A DNA stretch of 28,704 nucleotides from IMG/VR virus record IMGVR_UViG_3300022670_001029, positions 1 to 28,704 of that record, one strand, 5' to 3'. The stretch comes from a virus (taxonomy: Duplodnaviria > Caudoviricetes). Numbering within the stretch: the stretch's first letter is position 1; every line of letters begins with the position of its first letter. Below are positions 26,219-28,704 of the stretch, in pieces. The notes beneath the pieces are model-generated. The model was not told the DNA's origin. It did no database searches and saw only the letters and a program-made list of their open reading frames with translations. The translations under genes and the position numbers were made by a program.

Positions 26219-27733
26219 TCAAGATAGTAGTATTAACTGTTCTTTTAGAGATTCAATTATACTATCATAGATACTGCTGAGTGCCATGGAGTGGCCTATC
26301 CTTTCAGTGTACATTTCTATTTTGTTTGTCTGATTTTTGGATATTGCCTGGTCTAGTTTCTCATAGTAGAACTCTATGTTACTATCTGTTTTGTTTTGTG
26401 AATTTTGCCACTTTGTTAATTCTTTATTCCACTTTGTTATTTTTTGGTCGGATAGAACAATATATGATGAGTCAGGTATGAAATATGCTTCTTGTGTATC
26501 GTGTGAGTTTACATAGTAATCAAATAATACACTTGCAGTATCTACTCCATAATAAGCAGTTAATGTGTAGAGTCCAGGAGTTGTGATTGCAGTGTTGTTT
26601 CCTGTTGGAATAACTGTAGAGTATGTATTATTTTTAGTTATAATGTTATGTATTGGAGAGATGTGACCGTTTGGATTTTGTAGTGATATTGTTACAGATG
26701 TTCCGTTGTGAGAATTATTTAGTTGACCTGAGATGTATATTGGAGTGTCTTCGTGGTATGTGTTGTTATCAGTTGTTATTGTTAGAGAATTAACTGGGAC
26801 TATTACGGGATCAATCGTTCCAGTATATTCAAATGTATTTTGTGTAGATGTTCCTCCATATGAAGATCTAATTATATAATTATCAGATATTGATAATTCA
26901 TCTTTAATTATTATTTTATGTAAATAATTCTGGTTGGAAGATACAGTGATGTATTTTGTGTATAATGTATTTCCATCTGTATCTAGTATTTCTAATATAA
27001 CAGGAATTGAACCTAAAACTACACCTATTGTACCGTTAATATACATAATATCATCTGCCAAGTATGAAGATTTATCAGGAGTCATAGTTACTGATATATT
27101 TGATTGTGAATCCCCTCTATATTCAAAATATGTATACTCTGTATTGAATCCCGTATCATGTCTCATTATTTTATAAATACCCTCATAATTCATTAGTCCC
27201 ATTTCAGGTTTTATTTCATATGAAAAACCACTATCATAACTACTGTATACTGGAACATTTGTAGACCAAGAATAAAGAGGTGTAAGCATTCCTAATGCAG
27301 TTCCAGTTAGTATTTTATTGTGGAGGGTTCCAGAAATATGTACTATTTCATGTGTTGAGTATGAATATTTGTCAGTTTTTATCTGTACTAGTGATCCATA
27401 ATAAAGAAAATTAGTTTGAGTTGATTCATTTCCATAATCGGCAGTAACTGTATAGGATGTATCATCTGTAAAATACAGACGAAAATCTGTATTAAATTGT
27501 TTATTCCCTGTAACAACAAGTTGATCAGATGTAATAATATCTCCTTGATATGTTGTAAGTGTAATAATAAGAGGCGTATCACTTAAAAAATGAGAAACTT
27601 CACCATTAATTTCAATTAATTCTCCTTTATAATATTCAGACATGTTAGTTTCAATGTAAAATTCTCCATCACTTGCAAACGCTGGAATTAACATCATTGG
27701 TAAAATAGATAAAAGTAAAAGATATTTTAACAC
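26219..27733 (-). CDS. Secreted thaumarchaeal-type surface protein with four Ig-like repeats and C-terminal coiled coil
   Basis: Signal peptide ending PAFA; repeats TNMSEY..I.INGEV, TDKYSY..V.ISGTL, PDKSSY..M.INGTI, TDNNTY..I.ISGQL. Confidence 0.8.
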   Translation of the reverse strand: MLKYLLLLSILPMMLIPAFASDGEFYIETNMSEYYKGELIEINGEVSHFLSDTPLIITLTTYQGDIITSDQLVVTGNKQFNTDFRLYFTDDTSYTVTADYGNESTQTNFLYYGSLVQIKTDKYSYSTHEIVHISGTLHNKILTGTALGMLTPLYSWSTNVPVYSSYDSGFSYEIKPEMGLMNYEGIYKIMRHDTGFNTEYTYFEYRGDSQSNISVTMTPDKSSYLADDIMYINGTIGVVLGSIPVILEILDTDGNTLYTKYITVSSNQNYLHKIIIKDELSISDNYIIRSSYGGTSTQNTFEYTGTIDPVIVPVNSLTITTDNNTYHEDTPIYISGQLNNSHNGTSVTISLQNPNGHISPIHNIITKNNTYSTVIPTGNNTAITTPGLYTLTAYYGVDTASVLFDYYVNSHDTQEAYFIPDSSYIVLSDQKITKWNKELTKWQNSQNKTDSNIEFYYEKLDQAISKNQTNKIEMYTERIGHSMALSSIYDSIIESLKEQLILLS

Positions 27734-27921
27734 AAAAAATATGATAGATTTGCATTATTTATATTTATGAATATGCTGAATGATCGATTTTGATCGGATA
27801 CTTTATTATATATAATATTTTGTTCTGATCATGAAAAATAGCATGTTACTAATAATCATTTCATTAGTTATGGTGATGTTATTTTTACCATATAATCATA
27901 GTGAAAACCAGTGAGATGACT

Positions 27922-28704
27922 CTATACACGAATAATTCCTTGCCGTATGAGATATTCTATTCCCGATGCAAAGTCTTCACTAGTAATTAGATCCTGTGAC
28001 CACCAACAAGCATTATTTTTTACCCAATTTGGAATCTCTTGAGATGAGTCATAACCTGATGAAGTTTCAGAGACTGTAATGATATTATTTTCAATCAAGT
28101 ATTGAATTGCACTAATAAATTCAGCATCATCTATCTTATCATCACACCAAACTGATGCCACAGTTTTGATCCAATCAGGAATTGCAACTTTTAGTGGGTT
28201 TACTGTAACTGAAAATGAAACAGATGGGGCTCTATTTCCTGCAGAATCTCTTGCATTACAAGTAACTATTGTGGTACCAACTGAGAAAATTGCACCTGAA
28301 GAAGGATTACAAGTTGGTCTGACTATTTGATCTGTATCATCAATTGCTATAACATCGAAAGTAACTCTTTCACTATCACTGTTTTCAGCATCTACTGTGA
28401 TGTTAGTTGGTTTGAGTATCTTTGGTGGAGTTGTATCATATGTTGGTGTTGGTGTTGGTGTTGGTGTTGGTGTTGGTGTTGGTGTTGGTGTTGGTGTTGG
28501 TGTTGGTGTTGGTTCTGCTTCTACTACTATGATTGTACCTTGCATCCAAACATGAAGTGAACAGTAGTAAGGAAATTCACCTACAGTATCTGTAGTGTAT
28601 TCAAACGAATCACCTGGTTTCATTAGCATACCAGAATCAAATGTACCATCTGGACTAGGAGTAAAACCATCTACAGTTCCTGATGTGAATGTATGTATCC
28701 CAGC
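27922..28704 (-). CDS. Cupredoxin (type 1 Cu) + PT linker + HYR domain + two IPxW(I/V)K repeats; 5' end outside window
   Basis: Frame open to edge (AGIHTFTSG..FDSG), YYCSLHVWMQG ligands; DTTPP..GTTIVTCNARDSAGN; IPDWIK..IQYLI and IPNWVK..IEYLI. Confidence 0.9.
   Translation of the reverse strand, partial: AGIHTFTSGTVDGFTPSPDGTFDSGMLMKPGDSFEYTTDTVGEFPYYCSLHVWMQGTIIVVEAEPTPTPTPTPTPTPTPTPTPTPTPTYDTTPPKILKPTNITVDAENSDSERVTFDVIAIDDTDQIVRPTCNPSSGAIFSVGTTIVTCNARDSAGNRAPSVSFSVTVNPLKVAIPDWIKTVASVWCDDKIDDAEFISAIQYLIENNIITVSETSSGYDSSQEIPNWVKNNACWWSQDLITSEDFASGIEYLIRQGIIRV
28441..28512. repeat. 6-bp repeat x12 encoding Pro-Thr linker
   Basis: (tgttgg)12. Confidence 0.97.

Noticed and set aside
27831-27914. 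27-aa hydrophobic ORF after a TATA-like run
   Set aside because: Looks like an isolated signal-peptide remnant; too short to support
1-28704. tRNA, integrase, att site, amoC, tail genes
   Set aside because: None recognised by eye in this window

Overview
AT-rich fragment of a head-tailed (Caudoviricetes-like) archaeal virus or provirus, most likely infecting ammonia-oxidising Nitrososphaerota/Thaumarchaeota. The host call rests on MCM, Hjc, TATA-type promoters, a thaumarchaeal MTCKGIC Zn protein, DCTPPTxG and IPxW(I/V)K surface-protein motifs and a cupredoxin. Layout: 1-9.3 kb (minus) is the head/packaging module (TerS, TerL ATPase, two terminase-nuclease paralogues, three small paralogues incl. 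an FN3 fusion, HTH-fused portal, protease-scaffold, cement protein, MCP, HNH). 9.4-19.4 kb (minus) is the replication/recombination module (PD-(D/E)xK nuclease, palindromic iteron-rich origin candidate, MCM, DinG/XPD helicase, phage Dam-type MTase, Hjc, SSB candidate, Zn microproteins, RHH, 13-aa repeat protein). 19.4-26 kb (plus) is an accessory operon (RHH, DUF6745-like protein with 54 SQIx repeats, HNH, QGDV protein, secreted protein, PGDYG-like, DUF4326, C2H2 microproteins). 26-28.7 kb (minus) holds host-like surface genes. The most striking items are: a large terminase split into three genes (ATPase, intact nuclease, catalytically degenerate nuclease paralogue); a 17-aa copy of an MCP N-terminal segment inside the protease-scaffold, with recurrent L-x-A/G sites; the origin candidate beside MCM; and a non-canonical promoter box shared by late genes. 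All family calls are from motif recognition by eye; no searches were run.
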